From Octopus sinensis (taxonomy: Eukaryota), in NCBI RefSeq assembly GCF_006345805.1, contig NC_042999.1:28396001-28460000 (forward strand): a DNA stretch of 64,000 bases, given 5' to 3'. Both the position numbers and the translations under genes were made by a program. This document shows, piece after piece, positions 1 through 13,894 of this stretch (position 1 is the first letter of the stretch; each line of letters starts with the position of its first letter). The notes beneath the pieces were generated by a model. That model saw nothing but the letters and a program-made list of their open reading frames with translations, ran no database searches and had not been told where the DNA came from.

Positions 1-229
1 AAGTGAGAGAATTAGAAAAGAGTGAAGGAGAGGTGCAGATGCAAAACGGAAAGACTAGAGCTTAAAATTCCGAAAAAAATATACAATCAGCTAAGGAGAA
101 GCAAAGAGTGTGTGTAGTGTAAGACAGAATATATATATATATACCCACACGTCTGTGTGTGTGTCTGTTTGAGTATATACATAAGTATGCATATATACAT
201 ACATATATATATATATATAATATATATAT

Positions 230-261
<32 letters not shown>

Positions 262-949
262 CGTGTGTGTGTATAAAGAGAGAGGGGAAAAAGAATCAGA
301 TTGAAAAGGGAAAAGAAGCGATGAAATGAAGAAATAGTGGATAGAAAACCATAACGAGTAATGGTTGAACGTTAAGGAGTCTTATAGAATCTATTTGTTG
401 TCTCCAATTTCTAAAGGTAGACGTCAAATACTTTTGTTCTTCAACCTTAAACAATGTAGCAGAAGAAATGTTCTGTCTATTGTCGACCAGATTACGCATA
501 TTTACCTTCTTATAATACATTCAATGGAAAAAAGATAGCCCGATAGTAGAAAATTAGGTGGGAGGTATTGACCAGGAGACATTATCAATAATACAATACT
601 TGTATTGTACTGTAGTGCAGATGGCCGTCACTGACATTGTATTGTGTTTATAGATGCTTACCCTTGGGCGCAGTCACAACACGCGCACTCTTCTTACTGT
701 ACATTAATCGTTTACACATTGTTACTTCTGTCTACGTACACTCCCATTATATATTCCTTTTTAAAGTTCCAAACAAAGTTGAGAAATACATAGAACTAAG
801 AAGGTGACAAAGCATACAGGTGGTTACTCAATATGCTAGATCTAGCAGCGGAATCACTCTCAAAACCTCAGAAAGGTGCAATACTGTATATTGCCGTCCT
901 ATATATACTGATTGAAAATAACGTACGGGATAAGTATGGCAGGAACACA

Positions 950-3090
950 TTTGCTGGTTCAGAGATGATTTGTAGATGACGGAGTCATAGTGTCAAAGTA
1001 CATCACGGCTAGACTTGACCTGGTGGCAAGACAAAGACAATGAAAAATCTCAAAATGCAGAATGAAATTCCGATCTTCTTTAACAGATGTTCTACTAAAA
1101 ATATTAAAATATACATATTCTGGCATTACGTGATCTCTGTTCCTGAGTATACCATCAGCATTTTTATAGATCATATCTATATTTTGATATGCATATTTTA
1201 TTTCCTATTTGGCAAACACTCTTTCTGTCAGGCAATGTGGTGTTGGTAATAAATTGTTTTAATGGGGTTGTTTTCAGGTTATTTAGTGGTGTAAATGATA
1301 TGAACTTGCATCTACTAAAAATTATACTGGGATCTTATATTAAGGACACTGATAGAACTACACAGTGGAGGGTTGACCTTCTAGAGATTGTATATATACC
1401 TCTACCATTTTGGATAATTTGATCCCTCCATGTACAAGTATTATCTTAGACACAATAGGAAGGGATGATCTCTAACATTTTTCAGGGTCTCCGAAATTGT
1501 TTGGACGTTGGCTAGCTCGGATGTTTATAAAAAAGTGGGTTTCATGAAATATTTTCAAGGACAAGCTGTTGGCGTGAAAACCGGCAGCGGATTAAGTGTA
1601 CAACTTAAAAATAGAAACGGTATACTCTATAGACTTTTTCACTGTATCACTTATCGAACTTCAGATACAAGGCTGTGGTGGATACAAATCTATGCTAGAA
1701 CAATACATTGAAGTTACCATGCTTTACAAAACATGCTGCTGCTAAGCAAACTATTTAATCACACAAGCACACCAGCTTTGTCATAAAAAGTTTCCAGCTT
1801 TAACTATAACTTCTTGTATATCCAGAACTATATTGTCCATGCTCCCTATTTTAAGATCACAGATAATGATTTGGGAAAATATAGCTTTTATTTCTAGTAG
1901 CTCGAGTGACCTCATAAAGTTCACTTCATCCAACGCCATACAGTTTATAGGCAATAGTCCTTACTTCACCAGTATTCTTTTCGTTGTCTTTCAACACAGG
2001 CATTTCTCGATATTCTTATCCCATAAATTACTGTTATAGCTTTTCACAAATTTATTTTAATGATTCCTTCTGCGTTGCTGAAATGCACTCAGTTTATGGA
2101 TGCAATTGGTCAACAATCCAGATATCTTCTAACAATAACATTTACACAAATTGGTAGGACGCGAGGAATATTTGATTACCTTTCATCAAATTTGCTATAG
2201 CATTGTTGATGATTAAATTCATCATAATAGAAAACACACAATGTTAGAGGGCTGAGTGGAGGGGCATCATTGTAAAATTCAAATAAAGTATCTTTATAGA
2301 AATGGAATTTTGCAACATAACAGCAAAGGTGTAACAGGAAACAAATTGAATACTTTTTTATTGTTCCATAACGATTGTCAATTCCCAGCTTAGATGTATC
2401 ATAAATATGCACTTACGTGCATATCTGAATTCAGTCAGATCTAAATGAAGGCGGATAACACAGTAAATCTATTTCATCAGAACAGCCAGTATTCTAGAGT
2501 AATGGAATTTTGAATTTTTCTTACTGAGTGTTTCAACTCCCTCCTTGTTTCGTATAGATATCATATCTATCTCAAGTGTGAGCACTGTGATTACAAGATT
2601 AGGAAGGAATGTAAATGTATGTAGCTATGTCCAAATCATTCATGTATACAAAGAAGAACATAGCCGAGGCATGTTGGATATCTTCAAGGTTTGAATTGTG
2701 CGCAATAAATCACTGTCTGTTCATTAGCTGTGTTGGCAGCTGATGTACCTTAGTCTTAGATAATATTCATTTTAACCTAGAACATTTGCATAAATATTTA
2801 AACCTATATTTTTAAATGTTCGTAGTACAATAGTTGTCAACTTCACCATATTTTATGGCTGAATCGCCGGCTGCATCCGTGATTCACATGCCAAAGAGTA
2901 GACTCCATGAAAGATTAATGTACATTCAACGGCTTTCGACCGGAAATATATTTATGTATAGCACTCTAGAAAACTCCAGAGAAAGAAACCAGTGACTGTG
3001 TTAAACCCGCTAACAACATAAAATTTACCAACCAAAGAACTGGCAGAGTCCAAACAATAATGAACCTTATAATTTATTAATATGTAATTC
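950..3090 (-). pseudogene. Decayed Toll-like receptor / LRR-TM-TIR pseudogene
   Basis: Manual minus-strand translation across stops and frameshifts gives TLR domain order: hydrophobic leader IRFIIVWTLPVLWLVNFMLLAGL (~3070-3000); LRR-NT-like YLCKCSRLK..VHQLP (~2796-2735); LRR-like HTFTFLPNL (~2621-2595), IQFVSCYTFAVMLQNSISIKILYLN (~2355-2278), NNAIANLMKGNQIF (~2210-2166); LRR-CT-like GNFLxQSWCAC (~1795-1765); TM-like CVVLSVSLI..IIFSRCKF (~1364-1302); TIR box1-like KYRYDL (~1184-1167) and GISFCILRFF (~1070-1042). Too decayed for certainty. Confidence 0.5.
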
Positions 3091-3164
3091 CCATCACACG
3101 GCTTGGGTCTATCCAGTACTATGGTCAACACACATTGCCTCCAAATACTTGATATTGATAAAAT

Positions 3165-3541
3165 GGAGGCGCAATGGCCCAGTGGTTAGGGCAGCGAAGT
3201 CGCGGTCGTAGAATCGCGGTTTCGATTCCCAGACCGGGCGTTGTGAGTGTTTAATGAGCGAAAACACCTAAAGCTCCACGAGGCTCCGGCAGGGGGGGTG
3301 ATCCCCGCTGTACTCTTTCACCACAACTTTCTCTCACTCTTACTTCCTGTTCATTTGGTCCCTGTATTTCAAAGGGCCGGCCTTGTCACTCTCTGTGTCA
3401 CGCTGAATATCCCCGAGAACTACGTTAAGGGTACACGTGTCTGTGGAGTGCTCAGCCACTTGCACGTTAATTCCACGAGCAGGCTGTTCCGTTGATCGGA
3501 TCAACCGGAACCCTCGTCGTCGGAACCGACGGAGTGCTTCC
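3165..3541 (+). mobile_element. tRNA-derived SINE, full length, 11-bp TSD
   Basis: A-box-like TGGCCCAGTGG and B-box-like GGTTTCGATTCCC in the head. TSD attgataaaat at 3154-3164 and 3542-3552. The 3' ~180 nt are shared with the SINE at 46886-47218. Confidence 0.9.
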
Positions 3542-4019
3542 ATTGATAAAATATTTCTAGAACGAAAATAAATGATTTTATTCTTCAGTTAATGGGATTG
3601 AATAATGTAAAAAGTAAATACAGAAATAGACAGAAAAAGATCTTAATCCCTTACAGCAAATCAACTGAAACACATTCATAGAAAATCGTTTGTTTCGTAG
3701 TTTAAAACGTTTCATTAGATGTGAAATTGAGCCATTAGGCGACAGTGAAAAGGACAATAACTTTATAACTTTACCCCAATATATTATCGTAGTCTGAAAT
3801 TTTAATAAATTGATATTATATGATATTTGAATAATTTCGGTGTTATAAACTTTGCTTATTGAAAATAGAAAATAATATACGACTGCTTCCTCGCTTTTAT
3901 TGCTTGAAGAATTACTTTTTGGTTCCTTTTTCTTTTTCGTTGTGATTTTAACAATTTTTCTAATTAAAGATTTCATTGCTATATTGAATGTCAAGTGTTT
4001 TATATATATTGTAATATGA

Positions 4020-4900
<881 letters not shown>

Positions 4901-5339
4901 ATTAATTATCTAATTGCGTATTGGAAATCATATTGGTTATAGGGAAATCAGAAAATTCATAATTAATATCTTGACAAGATTTCCTCTTAAATATAATATC
5001 ATAATGATTTAACAAAATCTGAGAAAACGAATACGCTGAGACACACATAGACACACTCATACGCACAGATCCCACACACACACAACATATGCGGATATTT
5101 GGAAGCCCACACACACATGCACACATGCATATACGCACACAAACAAACGCCCCCACACATACTCACAGGAGTAATACAGAAATATGAGAGAACGACCAGA
5201 GTAGTTTTGTCAATGCAACATACATATACATAAATACACACTCGTTTATGTTTGTATGTATGTATTCATGTATGTATGTGTGTACGTATGTATGTATTTC
5301 ACACTTTCTCTCTCTCTCTCTCACACACATTCTCTTACT

Positions 5340-5516
5340 CTTTATATATATATATATAATATATATATATATATATGTATGTATATATATATATTATATA
5401 TATATATATATATTATATATATATATACATATATATATATTATATATATATATATGTATGTATATATATATATATATGTATATATATAATATATATATAT
5501 ATATATTGTATGTATA

Positions 5517-5558
<42 letters not shown>

Positions 5559-5580
5559 ACAGACGCATATATATATAACA
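5340..5580. repeat. (TA)n microsatellite
   Basis: Directly visible. Similar arrays at ~6958-7385, 8757-8806, 14720-14960, 17310-17380, 22420-22665, 23230-23340, 25725-25920, 58020-58110, 62031-62131. Confidence 0.95.
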
Positions 5581-5790
5581 CATGTCCTTCTCGAGCCATA
5601 TAAGGCCAGTTCCAGGATCCGCTGGCTTATATATTCTCTCTCTATTAGACGGGATGCCACTCCATCGTAGGAATACTCCTTTTAGCCAGGTGAGTGGGCT
5701 AGAGCAAAGTGAAAGGAAGTCTTTTGCTCAGAAACACAGTGCACCTCTTGGTCCAAGAATTGGAACCTCAATGTTACGATCATGAATGTT
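5580..5790 (-). mobile_element. CORE-like tRNA-derived SINE, degenerate
   Basis: Minus strand has B-box-like GGTTCCAATTC, then GTGTTTCTGAGCAAAAGACTT...CCCACTCACCTGG (similar to 46960-47015) and CGATGGAGTGGCATCCCGTC. Confidence 0.65.
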
Positions 5791-6399
5791 ACTTCTCAAA
5801 ATACAAAATACTAAGCGACGTGCCTACACATACGCACACATGGTCACACGAACATACACACACATACACAAACGCGTGCATGTCCACACACACACGCACA
5901 TGCACAAACGCACACATATACATTAACAAGGATAGTACTGACTGTGACTTTGAAGTTATAGATGGCGTAGACTCTATAGTACTGACGAAGAATATTAATG
6001 CCAAGGAATGTTAAATGTGTAGAATGTACCGAAGTAATCCCACTGTTTATTGTAAATTTCTTTTGCTTTGTATAATTATAATAACTCGACTTCAGGTGGC
6101 TAAAAGTTTGAATCCTTAGCACGCCAGACAAAGTATTTGTCTGCCTTTGTCTGCCTTTACGTTCTGAGTACAAATTCCACCGGGTCAACTTAGCCTTTCA
6201 TAATTTCTGTGTCGATTACATAAGCACCAATTGAGCAACGTGATTATTAACTAACGCCACTCCACACTAAGAATCTCATTCTTTATGCTTGTAGTAGAAT
6301 GGATTTTCGAATTAAACACACACACACACATATACACACACATATATACTGACACACACACATATATAATTTATACTTTTCTACATCTATGAATCACAT

Positions 6400-6760
6400 A
6401 TGGAATGCAAGATAAAATACGGGATACATATTACACAAAATTATGGATTAGCGCGGTGGATTTACCAAGGATGAATATACAGACTTCAGAATATTTTCAT
6501 ACAAAAGTGCACCCACGCAAATCAAAGCTAGCAAATTTTATTTTAATTTATATTTAAAGGAAAAACTCCCTTTTACTATATTTTTTCTTTAAAAAAAAAT
6601 AGCATTCGATTAATTATACAAATTTCACCCTCTCCATCTCTGATGAGTGGAAGTATTGCTCATTAATGTTTATCAATCTTGGATTCCATTATAAAGACAA
6701 TAGTTTTGAGAAACGATCGTAAGATGCGTTAAATACCTAATCTTAAACTGTCATACTTTA
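6400..6760 (+). mobile_element. Penelope-like element 3' end remnant
   Basis: YRLQNIFIQKCTHANQS* (~6475-6530) resembles the PLE C-terminus at 61630-61709, and a hammerhead motif follows it. Confidence 0.45.
6635..6726 (+). ncRNA. Type I hammerhead-like motif, long imperfect stem II
   Basis: CATCT / CTGATGA / 63-nt stem II region / GAAA C GATC GTA / AGATG. Stem I is 5 bp; stem III is palindromic ACGATCGT; the base of stem II is mismatched. Confidence 0.6.
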
Positions 6761-6959
6761 TATATGTAAATGTAAAAAAATACAAACTGGGACAAGAACG
6801 TGAAACGTTTAGAAGACGATACGAAAAACACGGACGGGACATTCCAAGCCTTCAATCTTCAGTCAAGAACCGGATCATCTTCGCAATTTCGGCTGATTAA
6901 TCTTGAGATTGTTCGGATCTGGCCAGCCCCAAAGGAAAATGTAAGCCAATCGCATTTAT

Positions 6960-7007
<48 letters not shown>

Positions 7008-7235
7008 ATATATTTTAATACAATGTTATTTTGCATATATATATATATATATATATATCTTTGTGAAAAGGTTTTAGATTTTGATTTTCATGCTATTATT
7101 TCACAATCTATTATATATAATTGCTCGTATTAAATGTCTAAATGCTTAATGAAGTTAATACTTTGACACTTATATCAAATTATACACAAAGGGCACACAC
7201 TTCAAATTCAGTATATCATATTCTCATAGAATATA

Positions 7236-7299
<64 letters not shown>

Positions 7300-7312
7300 A
7301 TTATATATATAT

Positions 7313-7375
<63 letters not shown>

Positions 7376-8012
7376 TATATATATGACACGCAAAGGATGA
7401 CATGCAAATTCGTGAAGCGTTCCATATTTTTTAAATGGCGGTGCCCCAGCATGGCCACAGCTCATGAGCTGAAACTGGAATAAATCAATCAATCATATAC
7501 TTAATAGGAAATAATATGTTATGCACATTTTTTGTATTTACTATAGGCTTACAGCTGTTGCACATATGCGTTTGGAGTTGTTCATGCTTCAATCTTATCA
7601 AGTGACTGATTAAATGTAATGAACTAGGTGCTTAAAAACTATCTTCAAAGTCATAAAAAATCTACTGCCAAACTAGATTTGGTAGTAAGCTTACAGTAAG
7701 TGAATGTATGTTACGCGTTTTTTTTTCTATCTATTTCATGTATCACCCTATAAAAGCATAATATATCGAGTAGATAATGGTACCATGGGTTTACAAATGC
7801 CACTGGAGATGTACTTTGATTTGTATTACATGGCGAACTAAACCGATCAGGAAACGTTTTTGTTAGGCTGGTTATCTTTATCTACAGAGAGCTTAAGATG
7901 TATTTTGCCTGGATTACTAATCTATTATTAATCTCTATTTATTTTAAAAAATATATATATATATTTGTAAGGTTTGGGGATGAATTATTTGTTTCAGTCA
8001 TGTATATGTATG

Positions 8013-8049
<37 letters not shown>

Positions 8050-8752
8050 TATGTATATGTATATATATATATATTTGTATATATATAAGGCGGGAGGTGG
8101 GGGCAAAAGTAATTGGAGGCGTTCTATGTGGAACAAGTCTGTTGCAGTTAAATCTTCTAGAAGCCAGTTGATACGACCCTCAGGCAGAAGTCTGCCGACC
8201 GGTGTCGTCGATTCAAGTCGGATTGCCACGTGATTCGTCTTTGTTTTGCAGTTGTCAGGAGACTAAAGGGACCCACCTGTAGCTATAATGCAATCATTTA
8301 ATTCTTTTCCTTTTTTTTGTTAAAAAATATTATTTTCAATTGTGTACAAACACAGCCGGGCTGAAATAGTTAATGCATTCTTTCAGGAGCGAATTAAAAT
8401 TTCTCAAGCTTGAGGGAATGGACCCCTTAAATACTATCATGGGCCCCCATTTATGGGTTCTAATGTCGCAGGGGCCCACTTGCCATCAGGCAAGCTGACA
8501 CGCATAATGCATTTTCGTGCACATGCACACACGCGCACACGCACATGCATTGTCAAATACTTTCTTTATACTAATTATTCAATAATGTTCTGGAATATTA
8601 TTCCCCAGTGATTTTTATGCTGGTACTGCTACAAATCGCATTTGTTGTTCATTTATATCTCTTGGCATTGATGTGTTTGGGGTGCTTCTGTTGATTATCA
8701 CAGTCTCATGGCTCACTGACAATTCTGTCTTTTAACCATCTATTCTGGTGGC

Positions 8753-8807
<55 letters not shown>

Positions 8808-8811
<4 letters not shown>

Positions 8812-9550
8812 AGATAGGGGTTGTAAATTCAACCCTCAATGGGATAACATATCCAATATACTGCTAGAGTATGCATAGAATGCATCGAATGCATCTGTGA
8901 GTATATACTGCTAGAGTATGCATCGAATGCATCTGTGAAAATGTAACTGATTGCATATATATGCAGATATCCACTTGCCTTGGATGGTAGACACATTTTA
9001 ATATATCGAACTGTTTAATATATATGCCTGCATTGAGTGTGAGTGTGTCTGTTGTGGTTTCTTGATGTTGGTTGAGGAGCTGTGGAGTTCAATATGGAAC
9101 ATTATTGTGTTTGTTGATGTATATTGATCTATATTGTTTATATTGTATTATTGTGTATATATATAAATGTATGAATATGAGTATGTATGCACTCATATTT
9201 ATATTTATATGTAAATTATTTAGGATTTGTACTCATACTTGCATTAGAATCTCTGAAGAGGCCGTAAGATATTCTTGTTAATGTCTCATTTATACCTGCA
9301 TTATATGGCTAATAGGTTAAATGAGACATACCTGTCTTCATGGCCGAAACAGCTGTCAGCTACAATGTAAATGTATTTTTATGTCTTGTTATATTTATTT
9401 AGTTATATTTCACCATATTGATTGTAATTATTGTACTGTATTTATGTATAATATCATTGCTATTGTGTAGTGTTTTAATAAAGTATATGATTCGGTACTA
9501 TCTGACAGTTGATGATTGATTTAGATATATTTCTCCATTTTCTCATTTTG
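8808..9550 (+). mobile_element. Penelope-like element 3' end (C-terminal codons + 3' UTR with hammerhead)
   Basis: DRGCKFNPQWDNISNILLEYA* (~8815-8880) resembles PLE NRDxG..W C-termini. Bounded by (TA)n on both sides; hammerhead at 9251-9359. Confidence 0.5.
9251..9359 (+). ncRNA. Type I hammerhead ribozyme motif with extended stem II
   Basis: CTGAAGA 9253-9259; GGCC 9260-63 pairs with GGCC 9342-45; inner 12-bp stem ATGTCTCATTTA/TAAATGAGACAT; GAAAC AGCT GTC 9346-9357; stem I only 2 bp. Confidence 0.7.
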
Positions 9551-9599
9551 TATATATATATATATATATTCACTGGAATGTTGCGAGTGTATTGTATAA

Positions 9600-10050
9600 A
9601 AAGGGATGTATTTTCATGTTTTTATTTTGTGTTATTGACTGTTCTTAGCAGTGTGGAAGGTGTTTATAAGCCATTTAAGAAACACGCAGAAACTGTTAGA
9701 TTCACTTCAATATTTAAATTTAATTTGCCAAAATATTTTCGTCGCTTTGAGACCGCCACCTGTTCACTGACAAAATTCCGTGCTTGTTCTTTATTTTCAG
9801 TTAAATTAAGTGGATATGTTAGCTGAATTAATTTGTTTAGAGAATATCTATGTTTCCGAGTGTGTGCCATTTTTAACGTTCCAGATTTTCCATTAGAAGA
9901 AGTAACTAGCTGAGAGAAAAAAAATTCTTTGTTGGGTGGGGTAATATATTTCATGGGTGCTTCTTGTAAAATACATGGTTTTATAGATTTTTACTGTTGA
10001 TTTCGTCAATGTATTTCTCTCTCTCTTCTCTCTACGTGTGTATGGGTATG

Positions 10051-10127
<77 letters not shown>

Positions 10128-10450
10128 TGTCTGTCTGTCTGTGTATGTGTCTACTTGCCGGTTTGAGTTTTGTTTTAGGCAACGTTAAAAGATATGGTAA
10201 CTTCTTTGTGAGTTTAATTTGTGTTTCATGGAGTGTTTTGAATCAAATATTTATGGTTCTTAATTTATTTCCCTGTGTATTTATTTCTGTATATTTGAAT
10301 GTATGAGTACGCTCTTGATCAAGGTTATTTTTCTATCTTCCTCTGTGCTTAAGTTTGATTTGAATTTGCTGTTTGCATTTCGATGTCGATGATTTGTTTT
10401 AGTTTTTTTTGGCGTTGCAGTTATTGTGCACGAGTTAAAATCGCTAACAA
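9600..10450 (-). mobile_element. Possible PLE N-terminal ORF remnant
   Basis: Minus ORF 9664-9954 ends GKLNLNIEVNLTVSACFLNGL, loosely like the PLE NLS..L.KGLKFTPT motif at ~59455-59525. Interrupted by (GT)n at 10052-10140. Confidence 0.3.
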
Positions 10451-10789
10451 TTAATGTTTAAAAATTAGCTTATTTCTTACCTAGAGAATGTTCTATTCTT
10501 AATGATAGCCGAATGTTAGTATAAGTGATAGTGCAACACTTCTCTGTGATGCACAAGTGAATGTGTCCTGAACATTATGGTGCATTTGTTATCTCCCTTG
10601 TTATGCTTGAATCTTCTATATACAGATGTTTCTTTTAACATGTATTATTCAATTGGGATATTTCTTTCTTTTAGCTTTACATTACGCAAAGTATGTGCGT
10701 GGTATATGTGTTTACTATTAAAATTAAAACTGGCACCAATGTAATAGTTTCCGAAGTATACTCCTAGTCGTATTATTAACTTCAAATTT

Positions 10790-10980
10790 TGGTACCAGGT
10801 CAGCAATTTCGGAGAAATGGATAAGTCGACTATATCGAACCCAGTGCTTATTTTATCGATCCTGATATGATGAAAGGCAAAATCATCTGCGGCTACATTT
10901 CAACTGAGAGCTAATAGATAGAAGAAATTCTGCTAAGTATTTTTCTCGGCGTGCTAACGATTCTGCTAGCAGCTCTTCAC
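10790..10980 (-). mobile_element. Degenerate tRNA-derived SINE (family of 30424-30656)
   Basis: AAGTCGACTATATCGAACCCAGTG...ATGATGAAAGGCAAA...GCTAACGATTCTGCTAGC. Similar eroded copies at ~26810-26925, 27770-27900, 30250-30410, 31260-31390, 54380-54520. Confidence 0.7.
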
Positions 10981-12319
10981 CTTGACTACTTAGTCATAAT
11001 ATTGATATGTCGACTATATGAGTTTACAGAATTGTTCAACATTATCAGTATATTCTTGTTTAGGTACGGTTAAATGAATTCCAAGTGCTGTGGTGCAGGT
11101 TACCTAGTCAGCATTTTAGATTTTCCGCTGTGTAACAGAATTTCGCATTGAGTGCTGTGTACTGGCGTTTGTCTAACAATCTATTTCTGTTGTGGTAATA
11201 GACGTAGAGTATCCATAGCAGTGTTGTTAAAACTCTATTTCACACTCATAGAGTCTTAGAATTGATCCTATGGCAAAACATCAACAAGACTTACGCCATA
11301 TATTCTATTTGACTATAGCGTTATGAATTAACTGTTGTTCAGAAGAATTGCATTGTAGTGTGTCTGTTAAAAATATTAGTTTATTATTTACAGACCACTC
11401 TCGTTCTCCTCCTTAATTAAGCAAGGAGTGCAAGCAATACTGAAAAAGTCACACGTTAATTTAATCGAGATGTAGCTTTTGTTGGGACACTGTTCATCGT
11501 AGAAACCGACAATATACATATATGATAAGAAAAAAAAAGAATATATAATATGGAAATATTTTTTCATATGTTCTCTCACTCATAAGAAAAAGATCTCGCA
11601 TAATAATTATAGAGCAAAGAAAAATATAAAATTATTCTCTCTCCATAAAGGGAAATTTCAACCTCCCTTCTATTTCTTAGTAAACTCTCTTTCTTTTCCA
11701 CTCTTACTTCAAAAGCAACCGCAGGTGGCAGCATCAACAGTCGTGAGTCAAATTTCCTATGTATAATATACATACATATATGTGTGTGTGTGTGTGTATT
11801 ATGTATGTGTGTGTACGTGTGTATGTATGCGTATGTATCTGTGGAATACTTTTCATAAGATATACGCAGAGGTATAATGCAATTCAGCATTTAAATTTGC
11901 GCAAAACGGGTGTGACTTTTATAATGTATATAAGTAATTGCACACCTGTAGTGACATGTACAGATGCACACACAAAACAAATCTAATTTCTTCATATGCG
12001 TACACATACACGCACGAGCGCACACACAGACGCATGCGCGCACACATACATACGCACACGCACACAAGCACTTTGTGTGTGTGCACTATGATTGTATAAG
12101 TATGTGTATAATCGATGAATCAATAGCTTCATTCTTATGTATATGAGAGCGTGTGTGAGTGTGTTTTCTAAAGTAATTACTCGTATCTGATAGCTATCGA
12201 AAATATTAATTAATATTCTTTTATACAATCCTTTAATAAGAGATAAGTTATCAGTAAGTTTCAAACTGGAAAGATTAGCAATGTTCGAAATAACGTTTTT
12301 TCTCCTTATATGGTTATAG

Positions 12320-12535
<216 letters not shown>

Positions 12536-13843
12536 GCTAAAATAATTTCATTGAGAAAGTGTAAAATGTAATATGTAAATTAATAAATGTTCATATATTT
12601 ATAAATATAGAAAATGGTTTCCTTTTGGTTATCATACGTACGTAGACATAACATTTACAGACAGCCAATGAACACTAACACATATAGGCATATTTACGCG
12701 TAACATCTTACTTTTAATATCTAAAAGATACACGCGTATATATGCTCATAATTAAAAATAAACAAGTAGATATATACGTATGAAAAGAAATAATAATGCG
12801 TAATACTATGTTATAAGAGTAAACGAAACTTAAGATGTAGTATTACGTGCTTCTTATTTCCGACATTCGTGAGAAAATTACTAACTAGATCATTAAGAAT
12901 ACATTTAAATACACGAGATGTTCAGATATAGTTAAATCCAAAGCATATTTTGACCGGATAAAATTTAAACATAATACTTGAAATATACTTGACTTAATTC
13001 CGTATTCTGAAGCAGATGAATTTTATATTGTCTGTTTTTATTCGGTTGCTTTTGTTTTTAAATGGCTGCTCTTTCGCACCGTGCATTTACTCTGGATTCA
13101 TAGCCGGAGATCGCGTCATCCATAGCTGTAAGAACCAGCACCATCTGGTCAGCTTCGTTGAAATCATTTGATTTAATCATTTGATTCAGTCTTTTGGATC
13201 TGCTGTTATTTAACTGAAGTCTTCTTCTCTTTCACTACTCTTGCTCATTACTGCCAACATGTCTGGTTCAGTTTCCAACTTTCTGGGAATTTCCGCTAAG
13301 AATTCTGTAATCCCAGGTTCGAACTTTAAGATGTTTATCACTGTGTTACTTGTTCGCAAAATAACTAGAATATATGACGGGTTTGTTGACAAGAGCCGCA
13401 CAAAGAAACATATCTTGGTTAAAAAGAAGTAGATTCCGCAAAATTAGTAGAAAAGGGCTTGCCTCAATTTGAAAGGCATGATTTGATGACGATCTTTCGA
13501 AGATCATCAGCTTGAATGTGATACATACAATTCCTACCAGTCTTCTATTCCATGAAGATAATCAAAGTCACAACCAATGAATGAAATCACTTGATATGAT
13601 AAAAGGTGTAGCTTAGTATCTCTCAAAGCAGAGTTTAATGTCTTACAAAATGAGAAAGAATTTCAACGTTCAAGCTATTTCATTTTGCATCTAAATAGAG
13701 AATTATCATATTTGGAAAACATCTGATCATAGTTCTGCTTATTCAGGGCTGCCTTAGTGGGTAGAAAATAACGACTACAAAAGCAACAGCAACAATGACA
13801 GGGAGAATAACAACAGAAACCCCTCTAACTGCTGCTGCTGCTG

Positions 13844-13894
<51 letters not shown>

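Noticed and set aside
1040-2900. Plus-strand LRR/TIR-like words (QTLFLSGNVV, SRFELC)
   Set aside because: The minus strand gives longer frames and the full TLR domain order; the plus-strand words are probably antisense coincidences.
6860-6930. Minus-strand GGCTG...CAGCC GAAA resembling hammerhead stem II
   Set aside because: No CUGANGA-like core upstream.
8090-8235. GC-richer segment with minus peptide PVGRLLPEGRINWLLEDLTATDLFHIERLQ
   Set aside because: No recognisable family and no convincing splice signals.
11681-11742. Possible plus-strand exon ending GTC|GTGAGT
   Set aside because: Two alternative acceptors, no partner exon, no recognisable peptide.
13040-13400. Minus-strand protein-like readings (FEPGITEFLAEIPRKL; NEADQMVLVLTAMDDAISGYESR) before AATAAA
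   Set aside because: The two readings are in different frames and match nothing I recognise; could be a terminal exon but unsupported.
13484-13511. Minus-strand CTGATGA TCTTC GAAA
   Set aside because: No stem II can form; it is a simple hairpin, not a hammerhead.
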